Origin: an uncultured Gammaproteobacteria bacterium
Lineage (GTDB): Bacteria; Patescibacteriota; Patescibacteriia; UBA11705; JABHMO01
Reading direction: 5' to 3'
Length of the DNA: 64,000 nt
Assembly (NCBI GenBank): GCA_964486065.1
Contig: CAZAKN010000003.1
Coordinates: 18,559-82,558 of the forward strand
Part shown: positions 1-7,974 of the stretch, piece after piece
Numbering within the stretch: the first letter of the stretch is position 1
Layout: each line of letters opens with the position of its first letter
Position numbers and translations under genes: made by a program
Notes under the pieces: generated by a model
What the model saw: the letters and a program-made list of their open reading frames with translations, nothing else
What the model was told of the DNA's origin: nothing
Databases searched by the model: none

Positions 1-472
1 AGGTCGCGCCAAAAGCATTTATTACTTGGGTAATACGGTGAAAGTTTACCGTCAAGCTATTGATTTGATTGAAAATAAAAAAAGATTTGATGAAAAAACT
101 TTGGATAATTTAAAATCCGAATTGGGCAAAGCGCAAAATCGTGGCTTTACCACGGGTTTTTTATTCGGCAAAGAGCAATGCGAACAGCTTGATGATAAAA
201 GTCATGAAAATTGTGAATGGGAATTTTGCGGAGAAGTTATTTCTCACAAGAATAAAATGTTGAAAATAAAAGTGCATAATCAGATATATTTGAAGGATCA
301 TTTGGAGATGATTCCGCCGAGCGGAGATAATTTAGATTATAAAGTCAAAACCATGTATAATGAAAATATGGAAGCAATTGAAGAAGCGCATGGCGGACAA
401 GGCGGATTTGTGTATTTGCCCATGGACTATGAATTGCCGGAGATGACTTTGGTCAGAAGGCGGGCGTCCTGA
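1..472 (+). CDS. Peptidase U32 family protein (TrhP/YegQ-like), 5' truncated by window edge
   Basis: Frame open from base 2: GRAKSIYYL (U32 KIEGRxKS motif), RGFTTGF, C-terminal U32_C-like beta domain. Confidence 0.8.
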   Translation, partial: GRAKSIYYLGNTVKVYRQAIDLIENKKRFDEKTLDNLKSELGKAQNRGFTTGFLFGKEQCEQLDDKSHENCEWEFCGEVISHKNKMLKIKVHNQIYLKDHLEMIPPSGDNLDYKVKTMYNENMEAIEEAHGGQGGFVYLPMDYELPEMTLVRRRAS

Positions 473-512
473 ATTTAGGTTTTCATTACATTCATTCGTA
501 AACAAAATAATT

Positions 513-1088
513 ATGATCGCTTATTTAAAAGGAGAAATCATTAAAAAACAAGAAACATATTTAATCGTGGAAACCGGAGGCATCGGTTATAAAGTTTTTG
601 TTACGACTGAAATCGTGTCGCAAGCTGAGGAAGGCGAAATAATAGAGCTGTATATTCATCAGCAAGTAAAAGAAGATGTTTTGGATTTATACGGATTTGT
701 GAAATGGTCGCAATTGGAATTGTTTAAACTTCTTATTTCCATTTCCGGAGTGGGACCGAAAACAGCTCTGGGTGTTTTCGCGGCCGCGGATATTAATGAT
801 ATCAGATCCGCCATTTTAAATGAGGATGCCACCATTTTGAAAAGTGTTTCTGGTATCGGCGCTAAAACCGCGGAAAGAATCGTGCTTGAATTGAAAAATA
901 AGATTAGCGGTTTGGTTGGCGTGGATGGCATCAAGAGCAAAGATCAAATGACGGCCGATACGGACGCGGTGGAAGCTTTGACCGCTTTGGGATTTTCCGT
1001 GTCTCAAGCCAGAGAGGCTTTGAAAAAAGTTGATAATAAATTAAACGCTTCAGATAAGGTTAAAGAGGCTTTAAAGTTACTTCGTTAA
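513..1088 (+). CDS. ruvA: Holliday junction branch migration protein RuvA
   Basis: MIAYLKG, GGIGYKV, LISISGVGPKTA, GIGAKTAERIVLELK, ALTALGF. Confidence 0.97.
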   Translation: MIAYLKGEIIKKQETYLIVETGGIGYKVFVTTEIVSQAEEGEIIELYIHQQVKEDVLDLYGFVKWSQLELFKLLISISGVGPKTALGVFAAADINDIRSAILNEDATILKSVSGIGAKTAERIVLELKNKISGLVGVDGIKSKDQMTADTDAVEALTALGFSVSQAREALKKVDNKLNASDKVKEALKLLR

Positions 1089-2126
1089 ATGTTTACTTTT
1101 ATGCAGATAAAATACGCCAACAATCATGATGAAAAAATTTGGCAAGAGTTCGTAAAAATCAATTCCGCGGGCTCATTTTTGCAAGCTTGGGAATGGGGAG
1201 CGTTCGTTGAAAAAAATAATGATAGAATTTGGCGCATCATGGTTTGGGATGAGGAAGAATTGTTGGCGGTGGTTTTGATTTACAAGTCGCGATTGAAAAT
1301 CAAGCAAAATATGCTTTACGCTCCGCGTGGTCCTGTTTTAAAAGATAATCTTGATAGTCAAAAAACAAATGAAGTTTGGCGAGTTTTGCTGGAAGAATTT
1401 GATAAATTGGCGCGACAAAACGGTTCCATGGTTTTGCAATTTGATCCGCCCGAAACGGATCGTCAAAAATATGTTTTACCGTTACTTGATCGGGCCGGAT
1501 ATGTTAAAAGTGAAATGGATGTTCAGCCCGGTCATACTTTAATTTTGGATATTCGCCGAGATGAAGAAGAATTATTAAAACAAATGCACAGTAAAACAAG
1601 ATATAATATTCGTTTGGCCGGCAAAAAAGGAGTGAGCGTGAAAGTTGATAATTCAGCTTATAAAGAATTTCATGAATTGATGAAAAAAACCAATTCGCGT
1701 CATGAAATCAGTTCTTTCGCCGCTTCATATTATAAAAAATTATTGAAAATACCTTTTGTAAAACTATACTTGGCGGAAGCGGACGGTCGCATTGTCGCTG
1801 CCAATATCATGATTTTTTGGAATCATACCGCCGTATATTTATTCGGCGCGTCGGATTATGAGTATCGCAGTTTGATGGCGCCGTATTTATTGCAATGGCA
1901 AGCGATCAAAGACGCCAAAAGACAAAATATTTGGTTTTACGATTTTTGGGGAGCCGCGCCGAAAGATGCCAAAGGCAGAGAAACCAAATGGTCCGGCTTC
2001 ACCAGATTCAAGATGGGCTTTTCGCCACAAGCGGAAATTACGGAATATTTGGGCACTTATGAAAAAGCATATGCTCCGGTGAAATTGGGAGTTTACAGAT
2101 TTTTACAAAAAGTTTATAAAAGATAG
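1089..2126 (+). CDS. FemAB/FemX family peptidoglycan bridge aminoacyltransferase (start may be 1101)
   Basis: FLQAWEW, YAPRGP, KTRYNIRLA, YLFGAS, LLQWQAI, YDFWG, GFTRFKMGF. Confidence 0.92.
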   Translation: MFTFMQIKYANNHDEKIWQEFVKINSAGSFLQAWEWGAFVEKNNDRIWRIMVWDEEELLAVVLIYKSRLKIKQNMLYAPRGPVLKDNLDSQKTNEVWRVLLEEFDKLARQNGSMVLQFDPPETDRQKYVLPLLDRAGYVKSEMDVQPGHTLILDIRRDEEELLKQMHSKTRYNIRLAGKKGVSVKVDNSAYKEFHELMKKTNSRHEISSFAASYYKKLLKIPFVKLYLAEADGRIVAANIMIFWNHTAVYLFGASDYEYRSLMAPYLLQWQAIKDAKRQNIWFYDFWGAAPKDAKGRETKWSGFTRFKMGFSPQAEITEYLGTYEKAYAPVKLGVYRFLQKVYKR

Positions 2127-2148
2127 TTTTATAATATTATAAAAAAAC

Positions 2149-2169
2149 ACGGGTCGCATAGCGACCCGT
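2149..2169. terminator. Bidirectional intrinsic terminator between convergent genes
   Basis: ACGGGTCGC-ata-GCGACCCGT with A-run before and T-run after. Confidence 0.75.
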
Positions 2170-2187
2170 TTATAATTGTGCTTTTCC

Positions 2188-2364
2188 TCATTCTCTTTTG
2201 GTGGTTTCTTCCGGCCAGTTTTCAAAAAGTTTTTCGTGTTGGCCGGTGGAAACCAGGGCAAAGGTTCTCAGTAAATGTAATCCTTCTTTGGTTTTTGCCC
2301 AGGCTTGTTTGATAAGCTTTCTTTTTTTGCCTCTTGACTTGAATTCCTTCTGCAAAATTGTCAT
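2188..2364 (-). CDS. Small basic hypothetical protein (58 aa)
   Basis: ATG at 2364 with AAGGGGG SD; promoter TTGACA(2448-2443)-17-TAAAAT; terminator downstream. Confidence 0.55.
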   Translation of the reverse strand: MTILQKEFKSRGKKRKLIKQAWAKTKEGLHLLRTFALVSTGQHEKLFENWPEETTKRE

Positions 2365-2554
2365 GTGACCCCCTTTTTTTTTTGCGTGACAATGAAAGCA
2401 CCTTGGAAAAGCACTATTAATTTTATAAATTAAGGATAGCTTTGTCAAGTTGTAAATTGCTTTCTATTCTTGATAAAAGTTTTAAATTTTGCTATTATTT
2501 GCTTGTCTTATGCGGAAATTAAGTAAAAATTATAATACTATTCTTGATTTTTCA

Positions 2555-2620
2555 GCCACATCAAGCGACTTGTATAGGGTTTAATCAAATCCGTACAGGT
2601 CGCCTGAGGCGGCCTTTTTT
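2555..2620 (+). promoter_or_regulatory. Long leader hairpin with U-tract upstream of ATP-grasp gene (attenuator-like)
   Basis: GCC..TCA.GCGACTTGTA pairs with TACAGGTCGC.TGA..GGC, then TTTTTT; lies between promoter TTGATA(2470)-17-TATTAT and the start. Confidence 0.5.
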
Positions 2621-2663
2621 AATTTCCTGGCGTAAGTTGTTTCACATCAAAGGGAGGTGGCAG

Positions 2664-3803
2664 ATGTCTTTGCCGGTTGGTCGTATTGTTAACCATAATG
2701 TCGTGCAAGCTGTGGGAGGAGTTATGAGCAGATATTTGAATCATGATTTGGCGGATTGTTTGCCGGAACATGAGCTGGCTATGATTTTGGGTCTGGCCAA
2801 ATATTCTTCGCGCGCTTTGTGCATTACCGAGCCGGAAGATATTATTCAACTGGATCCGGTTTTGCGTGATCAAGTTGATAGTATTACGGCTCATTATCGT
2901 CGCGTGGGTTTACAATGTACGGATCAGATAATTTGGAGCGATGAATTCGCCAAAGCGAAAGATTATCCGGAACGGGAACTGTCGGTATTTTTTTTCGGTA
3001 GTCGCGCTCATCAAGCCAGACCCGATCAAGGTTGGTTTGACACGGCCGAGCGGATGAATCATAAAAACGAATTTATCCGTCTTTGCCATGAAATGAACAT
3101 ACTGGTGCCGGAAACACAATGTTTTGATTGCAAAAGTCGGATCAAAGACTTGAGGGAGTTAAAATATCCGCTTCGTTTCAAGCTGTCTTTCTCGGTTTCC
3201 GGTTTGGGAATTTCTTTGTGTAAAAACGATACTGATTTGGGTAAATGTTTGGAAGAAATCCCCGAGGGGGTGGCGTTCCAGGTTCAAGAAGAATTGCCGG
3301 CAAGTACGGTTTGGCTCAATGTGCAATATCAAGGTAACGGTAGAGCCAAAAGGTTACTCTTGACGGAGCAGGTCTTGGACGGTAATTCCCATGCCGGTAA
3401 CAAGCATCCGAGTGATTATGGCAATATTTGGAACTTGACCGATCCCTTGGCTGAGCGTTTGACCGGCCAAGGACTGAAAGGCGTGTTTGCTTTTGATGTG
3501 GCGGTTTGCCATGACCGCAAATTGTTGATTGAATGTAATCCCCGTTTCAACGGTAGCACTTATCCCACCGTGATTTCCACGCGGCTCAATATCCCGCAAT
3601 GGATTTCCAAAAATTTCATGACTAAATATCGTAGTATCGCAGAATTGCCGATTGAAGAGCTGGAGTATCGGCCGGAAGCTAAAAAAGGCGTGATTGTTTT
3701 TAACTGGGGCTCGGTGGATGAAGGTAAGCTTGGGATTATGTTGTGCGGTAATCAAGATGATCAGCTTTATTTGGAAAAAGCTTTGAAAACCATCCTTTCC
3801 TGA
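2664..3803 (+). CDS. ATP-grasp domain protein (peptide/amine ligase-like)
   Basis: KLSFSVSGLG, FQVQEE, GVFAFD, IECNPRFNGS ATP-grasp motifs; GGGAGG SD before ATG 2664 (alternative start 2724). Confidence 0.85.
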   Translation: MSLPVGRIVNHNVVQAVGGVMSRYLNHDLADCLPEHELAMILGLAKYSSRALCITEPEDIIQLDPVLRDQVDSITAHYRRVGLQCTDQIIWSDEFAKAKDYPERELSVFFFGSRAHQARPDQGWFDTAERMNHKNEFIRLCHEMNILVPETQCFDCKSRIKDLRELKYPLRFKLSFSVSGLGISLCKNDTDLGKCLEEIPEGVAFQVQEELPASTVWLNVQYQGNGRAKRLLLTEQVLDGNSHAGNKHPSDYGNIWNLTDPLAERLTGQGLKGVFAFDVAVCHDRKLLIECNPRFNGSTYPTVISTRLNIPQWISKNFMTKYRSIAELPIEELEYRPEAKKGVIVFNWGSVDEGKLGIMLCGNQDDQLYLEKALKTILS

Positions 3804-3810
3804 GAGCATC

Positions 3811-3846
3811 AGAGTGCGAGCGAACATTTTCGTTTGCGCTCTTTTT
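3811..3846 (+). terminator. Intrinsic terminator after ATP-grasp gene
   Basis: AGAGTGCGAGCGAA / TTCGTTTGCGCTCT stem plus T-run. Confidence 0.7.
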
Positions 3847-3869
3847 AAAAAAGCATTATGTTTATATAT

Positions 3870-4985
3870 ATGAAAGAAACTTTATCCTTGATTGAAAAAA
3901 TCGTAAATATTCCCACGCCGAGCGGTGATCGCGAGGCGTTTTTACATTGTGTTGATGAATTGAAAAAATATTTGGGTAAAGGATTTTTTTATCATGAAAT
4001 TGAATCCGAGGGTTTTACTTCTTTGCTGTTCACGCAACAAAAAGATTTAAAAAAATTTGATATTTTATTATACGCACATTTGGATGTGGTGATGCCCGAG
4101 GATGGACCCATTGCTTTTTCATCAAATGAAGATTTGCTTCACGGTAGTGGAGTGGCGGATATGAAAAGTTACGCGGTCGCTTTGGCGCGGATATTGAAGA
4201 ATGAGCGATTTGTTAATTTGAAAATAGGTTTGGTTTTGGTGCCGGATGAAGAAATTGGCGGAGCCAACGGATTGAAGCAAGTTTTGCGTAACGGTTACAC
4301 CGCGGATTTGGCGATTGTTCCCGACGCGGGGATGGGGAAAAGCATTGTGGTTAAGGAAAAAGGTATTTTCATGTTTAAACTTTCCGTTGAAACGAAAGGT
4401 GGCCATGGTTCGCGTCCTTGGGAGTGTGAGAACGCGGCTTTGAAGTTAATTGAAACATATCAAGAAATGATTCGCGATTTGCAAATTGAAAACGAAAAAG
4501 AAAATGATGGGATGACTTTGAATTTGTTTAAAATTCAAGCCGGAGAAAAAATCAATCAAGCCCCCGCGGCAGCGGAAATCAATCTGGATTGTCGTTATGG
4601 AGAAACGGAGCAAAAAAATCGTTTGATAAAATATTTGGAAAAGTTGCGTGAAGAAAAAAATATTGAGTTTCAAGAAATCATAAGTGGGGATTTGTTTAAA
4701 ATCAAAGAGGATAATCAATTTTTAGCGGAATTTAAAAAAGTATTTGAACGGCATTACAATCAAAAGATTCCATTGACATGGTATCCGGCCGGATCTGACG
4801 CGCGGTATTTGGCGACGGTGGGAATTCCGGTGATCATGTTCCAAGCTCGCGGTGGAGGTTATCATTCCCGTGAAGAGTGGCTCAATTGGCCTGAGTTGCT
4901 GAAATTCACCCAAGGTTTACAAAAATATTTAAAAAAACTGGATGAAGAGTATCAAAAATATTTCAATAAAAAAACAAGCTCTTAA
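3870..4985 (+). CDS. M20 family metallopeptidase (ArgE/DapE-like)
   Basis: AHLDVV, GVADMK, DEEIGG, GGHGSRP, GSDA, YHSREE. Confidence 0.9.
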   Translation: MKETLSLIEKIVNIPTPSGDREAFLHCVDELKKYLGKGFFYHEIESEGFTSLLFTQQKDLKKFDILLYAHLDVVMPEDGPIAFSSNEDLLHGSGVADMKSYAVALARILKNERFVNLKIGLVLVPDEEIGGANGLKQVLRNGYTADLAIVPDAGMGKSIVVKEKGIFMFKLSVETKGGHGSRPWECENAALKLIETYQEMIRDLQIENEKENDGMTLNLFKIQAGEKINQAPAAAEINLDCRYGETEQKNRLIKYLEKLREEKNIEFQEIISGDLFKIKEDNQFLAEFKKVFERHYNQKIPLTWYPAGSDARYLATVGIPVIMFQARGGGYHSREEWLNWPELLKFTQGLQKYLKKLDEEYQKYFNKKTSS

Positions 4986-4999
4986 AACAAGCTTGCTTT

Positions 5000-5128
5000 T
5001 TAACGGCCGAAGGAGAAATAAACCATCAGAAAGATGATAAAACCTTGTAACACGATTCCGTGCCAGAGGAATTGTTTTTTGCAAATGGTCCATCTGTTTT
5101 CATCCAGCCAGGCGAATAGTTTTCCCAT
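5000..5128 (-). CDS. Small membrane protein, 42 aa (below ORF-track cutoff)
   Basis: MGKLFAWLDENRWTICKKQFLWHGIVLQGFIIFLMVYFSFGR with a C-terminal hydrophobic helix; upstream TTGACA-17-TAAAAT. Confidence 0.45.
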   Translation of the reverse strand: MGKLFAWLDENRWTICKKQFLWHGIVLQGFIIFLMVYFSFGR

Positions 5129-5252
5129 ATTCTTCACTATTTTGATTATCATTTATTAAAAAATATGACTTCAAGTCATATTTTATTTTTTTAGTACAAG
5201 CTCAAAAGTAAATTTGAGCAATGTCACATTTTAGTATAATTTTTCTTTTATG

Positions 5253-5930
5253 TCAAGTGTTTTGGCTGAATAAATACATGAAAATAGCTAAAGAATTGCC
5301 TACATTTAGCGATTCTAGCCGTTTGTTATGCGGAATGGATATTGATTGTCCGGCAAGTTTTAAATTGATGCCTTGCCCCTCCGAGCCGGCGATTAAGAAT
5401 ATTTTTTCCGGTAAGTTTAAATCAATATTCAGCACTTGCGCGTCAGGTCTTTTTTCCAGGCGAAACAATGGTCTTTGTTCTTGTTTTATCAATTCTTTCA
5501 GTTCCGCGGCGGATACGATTTTTTGCGGGACTTGAAAGTATGCTCCGGCCGCGGAACGCAATACTTTGGGATTGCTCGGGTCGGCGCATTCGTGCAGAAG
5601 TAAGCTCGCGGAAAAACCTTGCGCCAATCGCAAAATATTTCCCAAATTGCCCGGATCCTGTACATGATCCAAGATCACTACCAAATTTTTTTGTAAAACT
5701 TGTGCAATTCGCCATATGGGCTGTTCGGCTACGGCGGCGATTTTTTGCGGAGTTTGCGTGGTAACCAATTTATTGAAAGCATGGCTGTCTTTTTCCGTAA
5801 AGGTGAACTTTAAATACTTTTTTGCCGGTTGTAAAAATTTTTCGCCTTCAAGTAAGCATAGACCGCTTTTGATTCGGCCTTTTTTACTGTGTAATGATTT
5901 GATTAATTTTTCTTGAGCTTTGCTTAGCAT
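5253..5930 (-). CDS. TrmH/SpoU family RNA methyltransferase
   Basis: LDHVQDPGNLGNILR, GSEGQG, ESLNV. Confidence 0.92.
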   Translation of the reverse strand: MLSKAQEKLIKSLHSKKGRIKSGLCLLEGEKFLQPAKKYLKFTFTEKDSHAFNKLVTTQTPQKIAAVAEQPIWRIAQVLQKNLVVILDHVQDPGNLGNILRLAQGFSASLLLHECADPSNPKVLRSAAGAYFQVPQKIVSAAELKELIKQEQRPLFRLEKRPDAQVLNIDLNLPEKIFLIAGSEGQGINLKLAGQSISIPHNKRLESLNVGNSLAIFMYLFSQNT

Positions 5931-5992
5931 ATAAAACAATCTTAAAGATTAAAGTTAGTTAAGTCAATGCATATATTATATAATATTATTAT

Positions 5993-7465
5993 ATGAAGAT
6001 GAAGAAATCAGCTCAATTTTTTTATGCTTGCTTGAGTTTTTTGCTGGGCGTATCCTTGGGGGAAATTATTGATTTGCCGAATGTTTGGTTTTACGCGATT
6101 GTGGCAATTTTTATCAATGTTTTGTTTTTTAAAAGCGGAAAGACTTGGCATTTCCGTTTGAAATATTTTCTATTGATTTTGCTCGTTGCTTACGCCGGAG
6201 TTTTGCTTCGTGATAAAGCGGATCCGCAAATCAATGAAACTCACATTGCTTCACTTAACGAACAAAAGGTGGAATTTATGGCAATTATTTCAGCGGAGCC
6301 GGATCGTCGTTTGGATAAAATGAAATTGACCGTGGCTCCGCTTGATTATGATGGTTTGGTTTTATTGAATACTTCGCTGTATCCCGAGTTTGAATATGGT
6401 GAGAAGATTTCCGTGCAATGCCGGCTGCAAGCCCCTGAACCCATTGAAGATTTCAGTTATGACAAGTATTTGGCGAGATATGGAATATATTCGGTTTGTT
6501 ATCGTCCGTATATCAAGAAGATTGATCAAGGTTTCGGCAATCCGCTTATGGCGGGAATTTTCAAATTTAAAAAAGACATGGAAAGCAAAATTAATCGTAC
6601 GGTGGCCGAACCGCAAGCGGCTCTGACTGCGGGGATTTTAATCGGTTCGCGACAGGGGATGCCGGAGTACTTGAATCAGCAATTTAATCATACGGGCATT
6701 ACGCATATTATCGCGATTTCCGGATTCAATATTACCATTATTATCGTGATTTTAATGAATACGGGGACAGCGTTACGAATAAATCGTAAAAAAATGATTT
6801 GGTTGATTGCTTTGGGGTTGATATTTTTTGTGATTTTGACCGGCGCCAGTGCTTCGGTGGTAAGGGCGGCGATTATGGGTTTTATCGTGGCTTTGGCCAA
6901 ACATCTCGGTCGTACCGGAAATGTGCGAAATGTGTTGATTTTATCCGCTGTGATTATGACGACGGTAAATCCAAAAATTTTAGTTTGGGATGCCGGATTC
7001 CAATTATCATTCATTTCCACGATCGGTTTGATTTATTTTTCTCCCATATTGATGAAAGTCGGCAAATGGTTGCCGGAAACATTCGGTTTGAGAGAAAACA
7101 CCGTTTCTACCCTGAGTGCGATAATTTTCACTTTGCCTTTTATTTTGTTCCAATTCGGTCGTTTATCCATCGTGGCGCCGATCGTCAATATGTTGGTTTT
7201 GCCGATTATTCCGCTGGCTATGTTGATCGGTTTTTTTCAAGTTTTGTTCGCGTATCTTTGGTTGCCACTCGGAGAAATTATCGGTTGGTTTAGCTGGCTT
7301 TTGCTTGGCTATGTAATTAAAATCGTGGATATATTCGCCAAGTTGTCTTGGGCTTCGGTGGAAATTGAAGTTGAATGGTGGACGGCTTTGCTTATGTATA
7401 TTTTGCTTTTTACGATGATCATTATTTTCATAAATAAAAAAGCGACTTCCGGTAAAGTCGCTTAA
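5993..7465 (+). CDS. comEC: ComEC/Rec2 DNA uptake channel (DUF4131 plus competence domain, no MBL domain)
   Basis: GITHIIAISGFN, SASVVRAAIM, DAGFQLSF, many TM helices. Confidence 0.92.
   Translation: MKMKKSAQFFYACLSFLLGVSLGEIIDLPNVWFYAIVAIFINVLFFKSGKTWHFRLKYFLLILLVAYAGVLLRDKADPQINETHIASLNEQKVEFMAIISAEPDRRLDKMKLTVAPLDYDGLVLLNTSLYPEFEYGEKISVQCRLQAPEPIEDFSYDKYLARYGIYSVCYRPYIKKIDQGFGNPLMAGIFKFKKDMESKINRTVAEPQAALTAGILIGSRQGMPEYLNQQFNHTGITHIIAISGFNITIIIVILMNTGTALRINRKKMIWLIALGLIFFVILTGASASVVRAAIMGFIVALAKHLGRTGNVRNVLILSAVIMTTVNPKILVWDAGFQLSFISTIGLIYFSPILMKVGKWLPETFGLRENTVSTLSAIIFTLPFILFQFGRLSIVAPIVNMLVLPIIPLAMLIGFFQVLFAYLWLPLGEIIGWFSWLLLGYVIKIVDIFAKLSWASVEIEVEWWTALLMYILLFTMIIIFINKKATSGKVA
7440..7463. 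terminator. Hairpin overlapping comEC end; terminator for the minus-strand gene ending at 7470
   Basis: AAGCGACTT / AAGTCGCTT stem with A-run at 7436-7441 (U-tract on minus strand). Confidence 0.6.
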
Positions 7466-7469
7466 AGTA

Positions 7470-7856
7470 TTAGCGTTTAGCCAATCATTCCAAAGCTTTT
7501 TGCATGCCCGGACCGTAAACACCGTCGGCTTGCCCCGGTTTTAAACAGTTGAGTAAAATTAACAGTTTTTGAACGCGTAAAACTTTCTCATTACTAGTGT
7601 TGTAATTCATTTGATAAACATCATCAACTTGTCAAGGTTTATGGGTTACCGTGTATTGGCCGACTGAGCGCAATCTTGTGGCTGTGGTACTGTTCTGCAA
7701 TTTTTTGGTTTTTTTCATTATTTCTTGCAATTTGAGCGACTGAGACACTTCGTCACCAAATTTGCTTTCGTTAAAATAACTTGCTATCAGCATAAAAGGG
7801 AAAATGGAGATGGTTAACCCGATTCCCATTTTATCTTCAGCGGTTAGTTTTGTCAT
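7470..7856 (-). pseudogene. Membrane-anchored protein with C-terminal PG_binding_1-like domain, interrupted by two in-frame TGA codons (7634-7632, 7487-7485); pseudogene or recoded gene
   Basis: Frame of the 74-aa ORF continues: HKP*QVDDVYQMNYNTSNEKVLRVQKLLILLNCLKPGQADGVYGPGMQKALE*LAKR then TAA; VxxVQxLL..DGVYG..AL resembles PG_binding_1. Confidence 0.6.
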
Positions 7857-7974
7857 GACAAAAGCCTTTGTTTGGTTTGTGAATGTTCAACATTTAAATA
7901 TATGTTACGAGGCTACTTCTATCAAACGCGAGTATTATGATATAATAATAAAAAGAATAATTAATTTAAAAATT

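Noticed and set aside
2170-2190. Possible TGA readthrough of the 58-aa ORF to a TAA abutting the terminator
   Set aside because: Adds only GKAQL with no homology support; compatible with chance.
2544-2663. Upstream ORF-track extensions (also 7804-7974, 17538-17768, 20110-20235, 45485-45568)
   Set aside because: They run through promoters, terminators or neighbouring genes; downstream ATGs fit the family N-termini better.
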